Shown one piece after another: positions 26,798 through 61,705 of a stretch of 64,000 bases of DNA; position 1 is the first letter of the stretch, and every line of letters starts with the position of its first letter. Position numbers and translations under genes: made by a program. The stretch spans positions 72,726,001 to 72,790,000 of the forward strand of contig OX597827.1 of assembly GCA_951406725.2 (NCBI GenBank), read 5' to 3'. The notes beneath the pieces are model-generated. The model was not told where the DNA came from. It saw nothing but the letters and a program-made list of their open reading frames with translations, and ran no database searches. Source of the stretch: Octopus vulgaris (lineage: Eukaryota).

Positions 26798-27533
26798 TTA
26801 ATAGCTATATTCCTTTTTTTAGCAAAATTCCAACAATTTGATAGATAAGACGAGATGATGATAATAAATGAAAACATATTTTCTAAAAAAATATCAATTT
26901 GAAACAAAATCTTAAAAATCTAAATACACAAATAAACAACAAAAACATGAGCTGTGTTTTTTTTTTCTTTTTTTTTTTTAAATAATAGTCATTATAGTAA
27001 GTTTTGCTTGATATTTCTCAGTGGACACTTGTTAGTGATTAAGAAGAAAATATCCAATAGAAGCCAAAACAATTAACATCCGGTTGTTGAAGTTGATCCA
27101 TTAATAACATTAGTTGTGAAGTCAAAGATAATATTTCCTGAAACTTTCCCCCCCCCCCATCCCCCATCATCAGCATCGTCTCCAACTAACATCAAGTTTT
27201 TCTGAGCCAATGACAAAGCTTCTATGTGGTTGTACAACTTCCTGAAAATAGCAACCAGCTCTCCTTTTAATCATACCCTTCGTCAGTGGTTCTCAACCAT
27301 TTTTTACCTACGGAGCCCTGGACCCCTTTAATTCCTATTTTACTCTACTGGATCTCCAAAGCCATCCGATGTGTATGGAAGAAAAATATCCTGTGGTAAG
27401 AAGCTTGCTTCCCAACCACATGGTTCCAGGTTCAGTCCGATAGTGTGGCACCTTGGGCAAGTGTCTTCTACTAAAGCCCCAGGCTGACCAAAGCCTTATG
27501 AATAGATCTGGTAGATGGGAACTGAAGGACGCC

Positions 27534-27567
<34 letters not shown>

Positions 27568-27569
<2 letters not shown>

Positions 27570-27856
27570 TGTCCGTTGCCAGCCTCGCCTGGCCCTCGTG
27601 CCGGTGGCACATAAAAAGCACCATCCGTTCGTGGCCGTTTGCCAGCTCTGTCTGGCACCAGTGCGGGTGGCACGTAAAAAGCACCCACTACACTCACGGA
27701 GTGGTTGGCGTTAGGAAGGGCATCCAGCCGTAGAAACACTGCCAGATTTGACTGGGCCTGATGAAGCCTTCTGGCTTCACAGACCCCAGCAGAACCGTCC
27801 AACCCATGCTAGCATGGAAAACGGACGCTAAATGATGATGATGATGATGATGATGA
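27568..27856 (+). mobile_element. RTE 3' tail fragment
   Basis: Two core modules, ggaagggcatccagccgtagaaac, (GAT)n. Confidence 0.85.
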
Positions 27857-30007
27857 TATATATATATATATATATATCTGTGTGTGTGTGCACACATTTG
27901 ACAACTGATGCTGGTGTGTTTATGTCTCCATAACTTAGCAGTTCAGCAAAAGACATCAATAAAATAAGTACCAGGTTTAAAAAATAAAAAGGTCTTGGGG
28001 TCGATTCATTTGACTAAAATTCTTCAAGCTGGTGCCCCAGCATGGCCGCAGTCTGATGACTTAAACAAGTAGGCTAGATTACTTGATGAAATCTGACCTG
28101 GGGTTAAACAACAACAAGAATAACAATATCAAGTTATTCCAAATGATTTCACATAGGTACAGGTGTAGCTGTGTGGTAAGAACATTGCTTCCAAACCACA
28201 TGGTTCTGGGTTCAGTCCCACTGCATGGCACCTTAGACAAGTGTCTTCGACCAAACCCTTGAGAGTGGATTTGGTAGATGGAAACTGAAAGAAGCTCATC
28301 ATATGTGTGTGTGTGTCTTTGTGTCTATGTTTGTTACCCCCACCAGCAATGCTTAGCAACCAATGTGGGTGTGTTTATGTCCCAATCACTTAGCGATTCA
28401 GCAAAAGAAACTGATAGAATAAGCACCCGGCTTTAAAAAAATAAGTACTGGGGTTGTTTCATTTGACAATAAAAAATTCTTTTGAGGTAGTGCCCCAGCA
28501 TGGCCATAGTCTAAAACAAGTAAAAGATACAAGATAAAAACATGTCAGTATAATGGTTTACTTGTTGTATTTTATTTTTATTTTTATTATTATTTTTTTT
28601 TTTACAAAGCATGGATAGGAGTGGATGATTCTGTAAAGAAGAACTGAACAATCCCAGGAAACAGGAACCTGCAGAAGGAAAAAAAAAAAAAACAAAACTG
28701 GAGAAGTTATAGGAAGAAATGGTGAACGTGGATCTCAAGGGGATCACATTTTTAAAGGAAATGACAAAAGGACCAGAACAAAAGGGGTGATGCAGGCATG
28801 GCCCGATACCATAAAAAAAAGAATTTAGACTGACAATAAGATGATGATGATGATGATGATAAAGATGAAGAGGAGACAGATGGTGATAACGGTGATAGTG
28901 GTGGTGGTGATGATGATGATGATGATGATGATGGCAACTGCTGATGTTGATGTGATGGGAGCCTGAACATGTTTTCTATTGTTTTAGCCGAACAGAGTAA
29001 ATGATGAAATAAAACCAGCAAATATGAGTGACAGTGAGCCTATTGGTACTGATCCAAGGGGGGTAGCTTCCATATGATTGCTTGACCTACAAGAAAAAGC
29101 AGCTAAATCTTTCTCGAATCATAGCATTTAATAGACAAAAACAACAGTAGAACACATTAGATAATGTAGTCTTGGATACGGAATAAATTGAGAATAAGAG
29201 ACAGTCATGGTTGGAAAGCCTTTGATCACAAGTCCGCTCAATTAGAGCTGATCTAAAAAACTAGCATTTAATGACTATTTTAATCCTTTAGAATTCATCT
29301 TATTCTGTCAAATGTAATGCTTATTTATTCAAATTGTTTTCAATTAATCCTGTATTATCTCATAGCTTTGAGATTTTGATGATGAGATTACTTATTTTTA
29401 GGACATTGTAGGGTAGGTGTGAAAGGCCAGAGCTGGCCAGTTTGAACATAAAACTGGTTGAATATTTTGGCCATATATGAACCGGTTTGAATGCTAAAGG
29501 ATCAACCCTTTACCATTCAGATTATTCTGTCAAATGCAGTGCTTATTTACTCACTTTGTTCTGAATTAATCCTGCATTATCTCATAGCTTTGAGATTTTG
29601 ATGAGATTACTTATTTTTAGAAGGACATTGTTGAGCAGATGGCAGAGACCAGATCTGGCCAGTTTGAACATAAAACTGGTGGAACATTTTGACTGGATGC
29701 AGCCAGTTTGAATGCTAAGGGGTTAATTAAGTCTACAAATTGGTTAGGACAAAACTTGTCTGGGTTTGTGAGGCATGTGACATATTTGCCAGTATATAAT
29801 CTCAACTCTTTTATGTGTTTCAGTCATTCTGACCACGGCCATGCTGGAGCACTGCTTTTAGTCGAACGAATTGACCCCAGGACTTATTCTTTGTAAGCTT
29901 AGTACTTATTCTATTGGTTTCTTTTCCCAAACCGCTAAGTTATGCAGATGTAAACACACCAACACCAGTTGTCAAGCGATGGTGGTGGGGACAAACACAG
30001 ACACAAT

Positions 30008-30038
<31 letters not shown>

Positions 30039-31403
30039 GAAGGGCTTCTTTCAGTTTCCGTCTACCAAATCCACTCACAAGGCTTTGGTAGGCTCGAGGC
30101 TAGAGTAGAAGACACTTGCCCACCATGCAGTGGGACTGAACCTGGAACCATGTGGTTGGGAAGCAAGCTTCTTACCACACAGCCATGCCTCTGCATGAAA
30201 AAAAACACTGCTTTATACCTAAAGCAGTCATATTGTAGATAGGAGATTGAGTACGATAGGCTAGAAAGGTGGATATGAGCCTAAGTCTGCTTGGCACAAT
30301 AATTGTTAGTAATAACCCTTTCTGCTGGGAGCTCAAGGCCTCAAATTTGGGGGAAGGGATTAGGTCACTTACGTTATTAATAATAATTGAGAGAGAGCAA
30401 GGAAGAAGGAAAGGAAAGAGAAAGAGAGCAAGGAGGAAGAGGAGAGAGAAAGAGAGATAGAGAAACAGAAAGAGCATGGAAGAAGTGATAGATATGGAGA
30501 GGGAGGGAGAGAAAGAGAGAAAGTGAGGAAGAAGGGAGAAGTAAAGAGAGCTAGAGAGAGAAGTAGAAAAAGAAATGTAGAGAGAGAAAGAGAGGTAGAC
30601 AGAGAAAGGTAGAGAGAGACGGATGGAGGGTGAGAAAGAGTGAGGAAGAAGGGAGAGAGAGTGAGTTAGAAAGAGAAGAGAGAGATGAAAGGAGGAGAGA
30701 GAGAGAGAGAGAGGGTTACAGACAGTCAGGCAGAGAGAAGAAAGGAGAAACGACTCCCTAGTGTTTAAAAGAACAAAAGGCAAATGTGGTCTGCACTGGG
30801 TTTGAACTTAAAGTACACATATTTCAAATCCTGCTGAGATCAATTTGACTACCAATGAATGCCACTTTATAAAATGCCACTTCATGGATGTCACTTCCTG
30901 TTCCAAACCTCATTTTCCATGCTACTTTATTTATTTCCTGCTTGTCATGAACATATGATAGGTTTATGATAGTGATTCTCCTTTCAGCTTGGCACGTTTG
31001 TAGCGATAAGGAGTTAGAGCTGATGTCAAATTGTAGTTTTTTGCAAAACAAGCACAGTTTTTACACTCAAAATCCTAAAAAGCAATATTAGAGAAATTAA
31101 AAATCATCATTGTATGTATATGTATATGACGGACTCGCCTGCCAGCTTTGACGTATGAGGATCTGACAATCTACTCTATCAGTCACAATGTTTATGTCGA
31201 ATGTGACATTTGAGTCATACCAACAATTTGCAAAGGAGCCCACAGATCTTGCAAGTATGATTATTACAGGTCAGTGCAAGTGGTAAATTTGCACCCACTT
31301 TGTCTTGCACCCCTAAGCCTGTTAATGCTGGTTGGGTTGCAACAAAGTTTCTCATGTCATTTTGACACAATGATCTCCCATTCTGTTCACTCCAAGGTTG
31401 TAT

Positions 31404-32430
31404 ATACAGGGTGCGTAAGATATTTGAGGACAGATTTATGTTTATAAAAAAGCAGATATATAATAACGGATAATAACTTTATTTATCAAAAAATGCTTTG
31501 AGGATAAAAATAAACCTTCTTTTCTATAATGTTATTCAATAAAGCTACCCTCAGCTTCAACTACTGTTTCTATATGAGATCTAAATTATTTACATGCTCG
31601 AATCAAGTGGTCCTGGTTCATTTTGGACAATACTCTGACTATGGTAGCTTTCAAAGAATCTTTGGTGTTATGGGCGTGTTCATTGACTTCTGTCTCAACA
31701 AAGCTCCACATGTAATAGTCCAATGGATTGAGATCTGGGGAATTAGGAGGCCAAATGTTAGGCGTTATGTGATCATGAATATTTTCAGCCATCCATTCCT
31801 GTGTTACTAGAGTCATGTGTGATAGTGCAGAATCTTACTGAAACACATATGGCCTTCCATTGTATACACTGTCTATCCAGGGCTTAACAATTATTTCCAG
31901 GATCTCATTGTAGGTGGGAGAATTAACTCTAAGGCCTTGTGGGAAGAAGTAAGGAAGCATAACATCTCCTTCATTGCTAACAACCCCTAAAACCATGTCA
32001 GTTGCAGGAAATTTTGTATGTATAACACTTGGAGCTTCAGAAGGGTCTGCACATAACCATCTGTTAACTCTAAGGCCTTATGGGAAGAAGTAAGGAAGCA
32101 TAACATCTCCTTCATTGCTGACAACCCCTAAAACCATGTCAGTTGCAGGAAATTTTGTATGTATAACACTTGGAGCTTCAGAAGGGTCTGCACATAACCA
32201 TCTGTTAACTCTAAGGCCTTGTGGGAAGAAGTAAGGAAGCATAACATCTCCTTCATTGCTGACAACCCCTAAAACCATGACAGTTGCAGGAAATTTTGTA
32301 TGCGTAACACTTGGAGCTTCAGAAAGGTCTGCACATAACCATCTGTCATTTCTTCTGTTAACTTTTTGATCTTGGTTGAAGTTTTTCGCATTTGAGAAAA
32401 GCCAAATCAAATCTTCTGCTGGAACATACA
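31404..32430 (-). mobile_element. Second maT-type (DD37D) remnant with internal 141-bp triplication
   Basis: WPPNSPDLNPLDYYMWS; VMVLGVVSNEGDVM; end tacagggtgcg at about 31404. Confidence 0.85.
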
Positions 32431-33162
32431 ATGAAGAAGAAAAAAATGGTGGAAAATGACAAAAGGAAAAATTTTAAATTTAAAAAATGAAAAGATGACG
32501 AGAAGCTGAGAATGAATTACAAACGAAAGAAAGAAAGAAAGAAAGAAAGAAACAAACAATGAAAGAAAAGAAAGAACTAAAAAGAAGACGAGTGCGAGAA
32601 GAAACAGTTGACATAATTTTAAGGGTTTGAAAGATGGGAGCGGCCCAACAGAGGGAAGCATTTCAACATCATGACTACGTAACAGGAAGCTGGTGCCTAA
32701 GAAGGAAGGATCTGGTGGAGTGGCGTTGAAGTATGCATGAGTGTGTGCGTGTGTGAGAAAGTTTTTAGTGAACTTGAATGGTTTAGCAGTAAGGGCTTTC
32801 TCAGGGGAGTGTTGTGTTCTTGAGCAAGGTACTTCACTTCACATTGCTCCAATCCACTCGGCTGGCAAAAACGATTAGCACCTGTATTTCAAAAAGACCG
32901 GCCTTGCCATATTCTGTGCTATGCTGAATCTTCCTGAGAACTATGTTAATGGTATGTGTGTCTGTGGAGTACTCAGCCACTTGCATGCTAATTTCATGAG
33001 CAGGCTGTTCCACTGATTGGATCAACTGGAACCCTTGTTGTTGTAACTGACGGAGTGTCAGTGTTTGACTAGCTACAGTAGAAGATGTTTGGCTTGAGGG
33101 GCCAAGCAGTTGGATTGAACCCCGAATCATATGTTTACCAAATGAACTTCTTAACCACGCAG

Positions 33163-33194
<32 letters not shown>

Positions 33195-34314
33195 CTGTGT
33201 ATGTGCATGAGTGAATGTGTGTGCATGCATGCCTGTGTACGTGTTTTTGCATGCATGTATGTGAACATGTGTGCATGTGTATGTGCACATGTGCATGCAT
33301 ATGTGTGTGTGCATGTGTATGTGTTTGCATGCATGTGTGTGTGTGTACGTATGTGTGTGCATGCACACACATACATGTGTGCATTTGCATGCATGTATGT
33401 GTGCATGGCTTGGTTTCCAAGACCATGTGGTATGTACTCCTCTTTCATTTCATGCTGCACCAGTCCACTCAGCTGTAAATGAGTGCCACCAACCACTGGG
33501 TGAGTCAATGCAGCGTAATTAACCCTATGAGAAACTGACATCCCGTGGACCACTTCGTCATCACCACCATCTTTATCTCTCTTTCCCACTCCACCCCAAA
33601 TTCTCCCATCCACCCTTATGTCATCCAGCATATTCAAGTAGACCTTCAATAGCAAGGAATCCTATTCCTGTCCCTGCCTCCATACTTTACCCTCTCAACA
33701 TTTAGCACAAAGCTGCCTCCCTATCTTCTAAATTGAGAGGGCTCTTTAGCCTTGCAAACAGTATTGGTGCCAGGCCAAAAACGAGCAAAAAGAAGCATCC
33801 TGTAAACATTTTGAAGAGGTGGGCATTAGGAAGGGCACCCAACCACAGAAACCATACTGAAGCAGACGTTGGGGCATGGTACAGGTCTGTGACTCATCGG
33901 ATTCTGTTGAACTATTCAGGTAAGTTTTGAAAATGGACATTAAAGATGACAATGAAAGCGATGATGGTAATGATGATGATGACAATGATAATGATAATGG
34001 TGGTGATGACGACAATGATGATGGTGATGATATGCATCTGTAAGGCTTCTGTACAGTTTTTGTCTACCAAATTTCACTCACAAGGCTTTGGTCCGAAAAG
34101 ACATTTGTCCAAGGTATCATATGATGGGGCCAAACTCAGCATCTGATAGTTGTGAAGAGATCTGGTGAGGCTGGGGCATTGGAAGAACATGACGGACGGT
34201 TTTCAGAGCTTGATGGCTCCAAGGTAAAGGTTATGGCAAGGTTCCAGGGTAAAAGGTTCCATGAAGGAGTGAATAGAGATAATTGGAAGGTTAAGCTAAA
34301 GTGTACCTCTACAA

Positions 34315-55197
<20,883 letters not shown>

Positions 55198-55477
55198 CTC
55201 TATATTTGTGGTTGTTGTTGTTGATTTAATCAAATGAATAATTTTCTATTGAAACAAACGAAGCAATGTTTGTTTATATGAAGTTGGATCGGGAATAAAC
55301 GGACAGGGGAGACAACTGTGTTTTGCTGATAAAACTTTTGAGTCAATTAGCAGAAAGGGTGTTTGGACTGCGGCCATGCTGGAGCACCACATTGAAAGGG
55401 TTAGTTGAACAAATCGACTCCAAGACTTAGTTTAAGTATAATACTTAATCTATCGGTCTCTCTTGCTGAAGCGCTAT

Positions 55478-55920
55478 ATTATATTGAAATTCCGACGTCT
55501 GGCAGCTGACTTGGCGGACACCCATAAAATTATTAACCATCTTACTAACAATAACTCTGAGAACCTTTTCAAACTCCACCTGTCTAACACCCGTGGACAT
55601 GTTTACAAAGTCAGAAAAAAGCACAGCTCCCATGACGACTTTCGGAAACATTTTTTCACACTAAGAGTTGCTGAAGTATGAAACAAACTGCCGGCATCAG
55701 TTGTTAGATGTCGGAGCACTGCATCCTTCAAAACTTCCATGCTTCCTGAGATTCGCCAACACTACACCTGATTTTCTCCCCTCCATACACACGCAAGCAT
55801 GTATCTGACTCATACACTGTTTACTTCCCAGACATTTGTACATTACTGCATATGCTTTATACGCACTTTTGACAAGTTGTGGTGCACCTGAGCACTGTAT
55901 ACAATAATTTCATTATTATT
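55478..55920 (+). mobile_element. CR1/L2-group LINE 3' end inserted in a SINE
   Basis: RRLAADL...TRGHVYKV...RKHFFTLRVAEV*NKLP; (ATT)n tail; SINE halves on both sides. Confidence 0.85.
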
Positions 55921-57589
55921 ACGGGGATGTAAACAAACTACAAACACAAATACAAATACACATATACAATGGACTTCTACATAGTTTCCACCTCCCAAAT
56001 TCCATCACAGGGCATTGATCAGACGTGGTATTTAGTAACACAGTCCCTTTCTGTTTTGAGTTCAAATCCCACAGAAATCAACTTTATTTTTTATTCTTCC
56101 AAGGTCTACAAAACAATTCCTGCTGAGCACTTGATCAATCTTATCAATATACTCATCACCAGAATATGAGGCCTCGTCTAAAGAGGAAAAAAAAAAACAC
56201 AACAAGAGGGCAGATAAAATTGTTAGAGCCTTCGTGGCCTTTAGTTTTCCTTTCATCTCTTCAAATGTTGATAAGGCCAAGCACCACTCAAATGCTGGTG
56301 TCAGTTAAATCTCTTTTACATTGCAACCATAAGACATATTCTTGTACCATTAATTATGATGGCCATAACAAATCTTGCAAGACACAAATTATATTACGCT
56401 TGGAAGAAGGGAAAAGGTCTAAAACATTAAATGCTTAATTTTGTATGGCAGTTGTGGTCTTGTAAATAACATTTGGTGAATGGAGGCTTTGTAGAAGGGG
56501 TCCTGTCAGAAGGAACACTTATGGTTTGAGGCTGTTTGTTTAACCATCTGCTTAGTCTCACACTTTCCCAGAACCTACTCTGTTGGATGTATTCTGATGA
56601 CATTCTTAGTCCAATGAATATTTCTTTCCAACAGACATGGAGGACCCAAAAAAGGAGCAGCTGTCATGCATTGCCTTTTCTCCTTTGACTAAATCACTTA
56701 GAAAAGAAAAAGAAATTGAACTTATTGCATTCTTCTCTGAATTCTGCATGAACTAATTGAAAACACAAACCATTGTCAGTTTTCTTGGCTTCTGGGTTTT
56801 CCCTCATACATCAGCTGCCTGTGTGGTCATACTTGAGTGCGGTTCCCATTCCACTGTCCCTTCAAATGTGTAAGCTTCACACCAACATAACATTAATGGT
56901 TGAAGAAAGTAGATTTGATAGAACATCAGACAAAAAAATGGTGCTGTACTCAAATATGTCTTTTTATGTTTTCAGTTCAAATCTCACCTTGGTCAATACT
57001 TGCCTTTTATTTACCTGGAGTTCATAAAATGGTGTTTCTTTATTTCCAGGACTTCTTAGGATTGAAATTATTTACAATGCCATGTGAGTGAATTTAGGAG
57101 ATGGAAACTATGTAGAAGCCCAGTGTCAGCAATGTCATCACCAATTTGAATAGGATTTTTAATAAACGTCTCTGAGCATATATCACAGAAATTCTTTGAG
57201 ATGACACTGAAATGCTATTATTTTTATGCTCACCATATCAAACACTCCCCACTATTATATGCTATCAATGAGTGGGGCACAAAACATGTTTTTCTAGTTG
57301 TGGGGGAAAATGTGACTGATATGAAAATTTCTTGCCACAAAATCTTTTGCTACACCTCCATACATTTCAATCTGCAGCATGAGGGTCTCCAGTGAGCCTC
57401 ACATCTTCGCTACCCCAAGAGAGTTCATCTTTTTACTCAGTGGTTCTCAACCATTTTTCTACCCATTGATTCCTTTGATCCCTATTTTACTCAGACAGAC
57501 CCGAATAGCCATTCTATGTTTAAAAAACCCTATTATATTTTTATAATCAAACATGATTTACTCTCTCTTTACTCTTTTACTCTTTATGA

Positions 57590-58135
57590 TTAGGAATAAC
57601 TTTGATAGGTTTTGGTCAGTATAGGCCCAGGTCATGTCTAACTCAGTAGCACCACCTGGCGAAGTTTTTTAGTCATATAGGGGCACCATAGCCCACTCTA
57701 GAAAAGAGTTATTATTGTTGGGGACATATCTAGGTGTAGGAAGTTGGTCCAGGATTTGAAGAAATTTGTCCAGTGACCATTTGAATTTTATGGGATCTGT
57801 TTCCGTTTTGACATATTTTGGTGAGGTATTAAAAACGGCTGGACAGGTGGAGGTAAAGTAATTGTGATGTAATGTTGCTATGTATACTGAGTTCGATTTT
57901 TGTAGTGGGCGGATAGCATGGAGGCCAAGTTTTGGATGGATTTTAAAATTCATGCCAACATCATTTGTTCAATATTGATGGAATATTTTCCACATAACAC
58001 AAATGATGTAGCGCTCCCAGCAGCATTGCAGGGAGCAGAGATTAAGTTTTTTTAGTCAACCCCAGTAATCAAGGTCTCTCATGCCGTCTACCTTTCTTGT
58101 TATTGACCTTTGGAGTTCTTCTACTTTCATAATGA
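57590..58135 (-). mobile_element. CR1/L2-group LINE 3' remnant
   Basis: ERYIICVMWKI; PAVFNT...FKWSLDKFL. Confidence 0.7.
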
Positions 58136-59124
58136 GTTAACAAAAATTGTTAAAATATTTTGTTTATCATAGAAATATAACCAATTTATTGCACATAAAT
58201 TTCAACAACAAAATCTTATGTGACCCTCACCTGAGAACCACTGTTTTAACTTATTAATGTTCTGTACATCTGGGTAATTAATAATCATGCTTTAATGTAA
58301 TCATAAAATTTTTGGTGAATCCAACTTAATGAGAGTGTCATCCTGGGTACCTTACAGTATCTGTAAAGTATTGTAAATTTTATTTAAGTTTCAGGTGTAG
58401 CTAAACCACAACCATAGAGTTGTGTATTTGATATATGGACCAGGCAACAGGACATTGCTCCAGAATACTCAGCCTAAATGAGTACCAGTTGAGTGCTGGT
58501 ACAACCCACTTTCTAGTAGTCACATCCTGGATGTCTTGCTGTATAAAGTGAAGAGCTAAGAAGGTGTCTGCTCCTACAACTACATGGGAACCAAAAATAA
58601 TGAGCAAAAACATGATACATGCTACAAGGCCAATTATGTTAGTGAGCAACAGCTGTGGTTATATCCTCATCGTTTAACGTCCACTTTCCATGCTAGCATG
58701 GGTTGGACGGTTTGACAGAGGATGGGTGAGCCAGATGGCTGCAGCAGGCTCCAATCTGATCTGGCAGAATTTCTACAGCTGGAGATAAAAGCAGCAAGAA
58801 GAGGAGGAACCTAATCTGCAGAGTAAAATGTAGTTTTTTGAGTCAGTAATTCACCTTTTAGGAGACATTAAAAGCTGTGAACTAGAACTACTTTGGTGCC
58901 ATGATGCTTTGCAGGTTTATGGATTCCCATTGGTCAGTTGTCGTATTCAACCAAGGACTCTACTCAGAAACTGGGATGAATCTTTATATGATTCAGGAGC
59001 ATTGGCTCACACCGCTTCGTTATGTTGCTTGATTTTCTGATGTGGATGTTAGATCCTGGATGTTGTGTTCTCTTCCTTGAGGACTGGGCTAGGATGATGG
59101 TCGGCCACATGGCTCATGCTTACA

Positions 59125-59430
59125 ATGTTTGTTCCTTGTTGAGCCACGCCTGGCTCATAAGGGCGCGTTTCCCAGTTTCCTTGGCGTATAGGTTCCCCAC
59201 CTGGATGGGACGCCCATCCGTCGCAGGTGAGCTGCAAGATGCAGGAGGAAAGAGTGAGAGAAAGTTGTGGTGAAAGAGTCGGCAGAAGTTCGCCATTACC
59301 TTCTGCCGGAGGCGTGTGGCGCTTAGGTGTTTCGCTCATAAACACACATATCGCCCGGTCCGAGATTCGAACCTGCGATCCCTTGACCGTGAGTCCGCTG
59401 CTCTAACCACTAGGCCATGTGCCTCTACAC
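59125..59430 (-). mobile_element. tRNA-derived SINE (family C)
   Basis: tggcctagtggttagagc...ggttcgaatctc head continuing into non-tRNA body. Confidence 0.75.
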
Positions 59431-60115
59431 ATGGTTACAATGGGTGTGGATGTATGTCACAGAGATGAAGGCTGACTGGGGCACTGCTCAGGATGACCAG
59501 AGCAAATACTGACAAATGGTGGGTGCAGCAATGCACTGCAATGGTGCATGCTCCTATTGTACCTGACCTGACCTTGATTTGCAGAAAATAAGAATCTTTT
59601 CGTAGTCATAATTTATCTCGGACTACATCAGCCAACATGTTCTTTCTGTCTTTTTTAAGCAAATAGGGTTTGAGTTGAGAGGAATTTAGGTGCTATTTCT
59701 GCAGTCTGTAGCCATGTAGAAGTTACTCCTTTGGTTCAATTTGATTTTTGTTTATAATTAAGATCACTTTGGTAATTGTAGACAATGTCTTTTGTTAATT
59801 GTTATTAATGGTTCTGTGATCAAGAAACAGGTTTGTGCTTTAGTATTCAAAGAATGGAAGCCTATCAATGGGTCCAGTGTTGTATACAATCATGCTTCAT
59901 TGATGATTATTGATTTTTAAAACTTTGTTTGGAAAACTACTCGACAATATTGACATTTCTAGAAATAAAATAAAAATACAAAAAAATAATAACACCAAAG
60001 GCATAGACATTTCAACTCCAAAATAAAACAAAAACAATTTCTGTGATAAAAAGATTGTGATTTTATTTACATTATTTACATTTGACGGATATTTGTTCTC
60101 ATCTTGTTTGTTGAT

Positions 60116-60161
60116 AACACAACGTTTCGGCTGATATACCCTCCAGCCTTCTTCAGGTGTC
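60116..60161 (-). ncRNA. Minimal hammerhead ribozyme motif (Penelope-associated type)
   Basis: gacac-CTGAAGA-aggctg(gagggtatat)cagcc-GAAA-cgtt-gtgtt: stems I and II, palindromic ACGT stem III, GUU site. Confidence 0.65.
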
Positions 60162-60364
60162 TTGGGGAAATTTCGAATCATTAACAGGCCAGGAAAACTG
60201 TTTTGTGGCATTTCGTCCGTGTTTACATTCAGAGTTCAAATGCCTTTCATCCTTTCAGGGTCAATGAAAGAAGTACCAGTGATACACTGGGGGGGGAGGT
60301 CGGTGTAATCAACTAGTCCACTCCCCACAAATTTCAAGCCTTGTGCCTTCAGTAGAAAGGACTA

Positions 60365-60645
60365 TGTTATTATCCTTTCAACCCCGTTTTTGTTGGAACT
60401 CTTAGAGTCCTGCCGCCTAATGTACCATGCCATCTGTTCTTTACAACAATTTAATACTTTCCTGATTATTCTGGCCATGCCAAGGAGGCAAACCTTTTGT
60501 AACTGTTCTACTGGGCACTCTATTCTGATTTGCTTTATATTCCTCTTGATGCCTTCCCATACTCTCCCCAAGGACCCAACAATAACTGGCACTATCTTTA
60601 CCCTTCTTTCGAAATAGCCGGGCTATTTCATATTTAAGTGAATCA
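60365..60645 (-). mobile_element. R4/Dong-type C-terminal remnant
   Basis: PVIVGSLG...LQKVCLLGMARIIRKVL. Confidence 0.7.
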
Positions 60646-61405
60646 ACTCCCACACTTTATGTCTGTTTTGTATTGTCCCCCATCCCATCCTTTGCCCTGG
60701 CAGCAAATAGATGAAATCATTATTATTATTATTATTATTATCATCATCATTAAAGGGGCAAGCTGGCAGCATTGTTAGCATGCCGGGCGAAATGCTTAGC
60801 AGTATGTTGGTCATTACTACATTCTGAGTTCAAATTCCACTGAGGTCAACTTTGCCTTTCGATAAATTAAGTAGCCGTGAAACATTGGTGTTGATGTAAT
60901 TGACTAGTCCCCTCCCCCAACATTTCAGTTCAAATCTTACCTTGGTCAATACTTGCCTTTTATTTTCCTGTAGTTTATAAAATGGTGTTTCTTTATTTCC
61001 AGGACTTCTTAGGATTGAAATTATTTACTTTGTCAGAATAGGAATTTCCCAGGTCAAAAAGTGGGAGTTTTTAAAATGGAGTTGTGTAAATAGATATCAC
61101 ATCTGACCAATGCCATGTAAGTGAATTTGGGAGATGGAAACTATGTAGAAGCCCAGTGTCAGCAATGTCATCACCAATTTACTCTCTTTACTCTTTTACT
61201 TGTTTCAGTCAGTTGACTGCAGCCATGCTGGAGCACTGCCTTTAATCGAGCAACTTGACCGCGAGACTTATTCTTTGTAAGCCCAGTACTTATTCTATCG
61301 GTCTCTTTTGCCGAACCGCTAAGTGACGGGGACATAAACACACCAGCATTGGTTGTCAAGCAATGCTAGGGGGACAAACACAAACACACATATATATACC
61401 CTAGA

Positions 61406-61705
61406 GTAGGGTGGAGTGAAAATAAAAAATTGTGGAAATTGAACATGCCTGAGGACAAAAATGTTGTTATATTTGATTGCTAGAAAAATGCTAAATTTTC
61501 GCTGAGATCAATCAAGAGCATTAACTCCAAAAATGGGGGATTTTTGTAAATTTTTTACAATGGCAGAGTTTGTGGGGTTTGAGGGAGTAAATGTCCTTGA
61601 CTGAGCGAAGTGAAAATTTAGCATTTTTCTAGTAATAATATATAACAAGAATTTAGGCCTCAGGCATTTTCAATTTCTGCAATTTTTTTATTTTCACTCC
61701 ACCCC
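61406..61705. mobile_element. MITE with long imperfect TIRs; partial copy at 61746-61835
   Basis: gggtggagtgaaaataaaaaattg ... caatttttttattttcactccaccc. Confidence 0.85.

Noticed and set aside
32834-33655. 273-aa ORF
   Set aside because: Chance read-through of a CA/TGCA repeat and SINE sequence
55300-59100. Divergent COX15 as in the human CUTC locus
   Set aside because: No COX15-like coding sequence recognised on the plus strand
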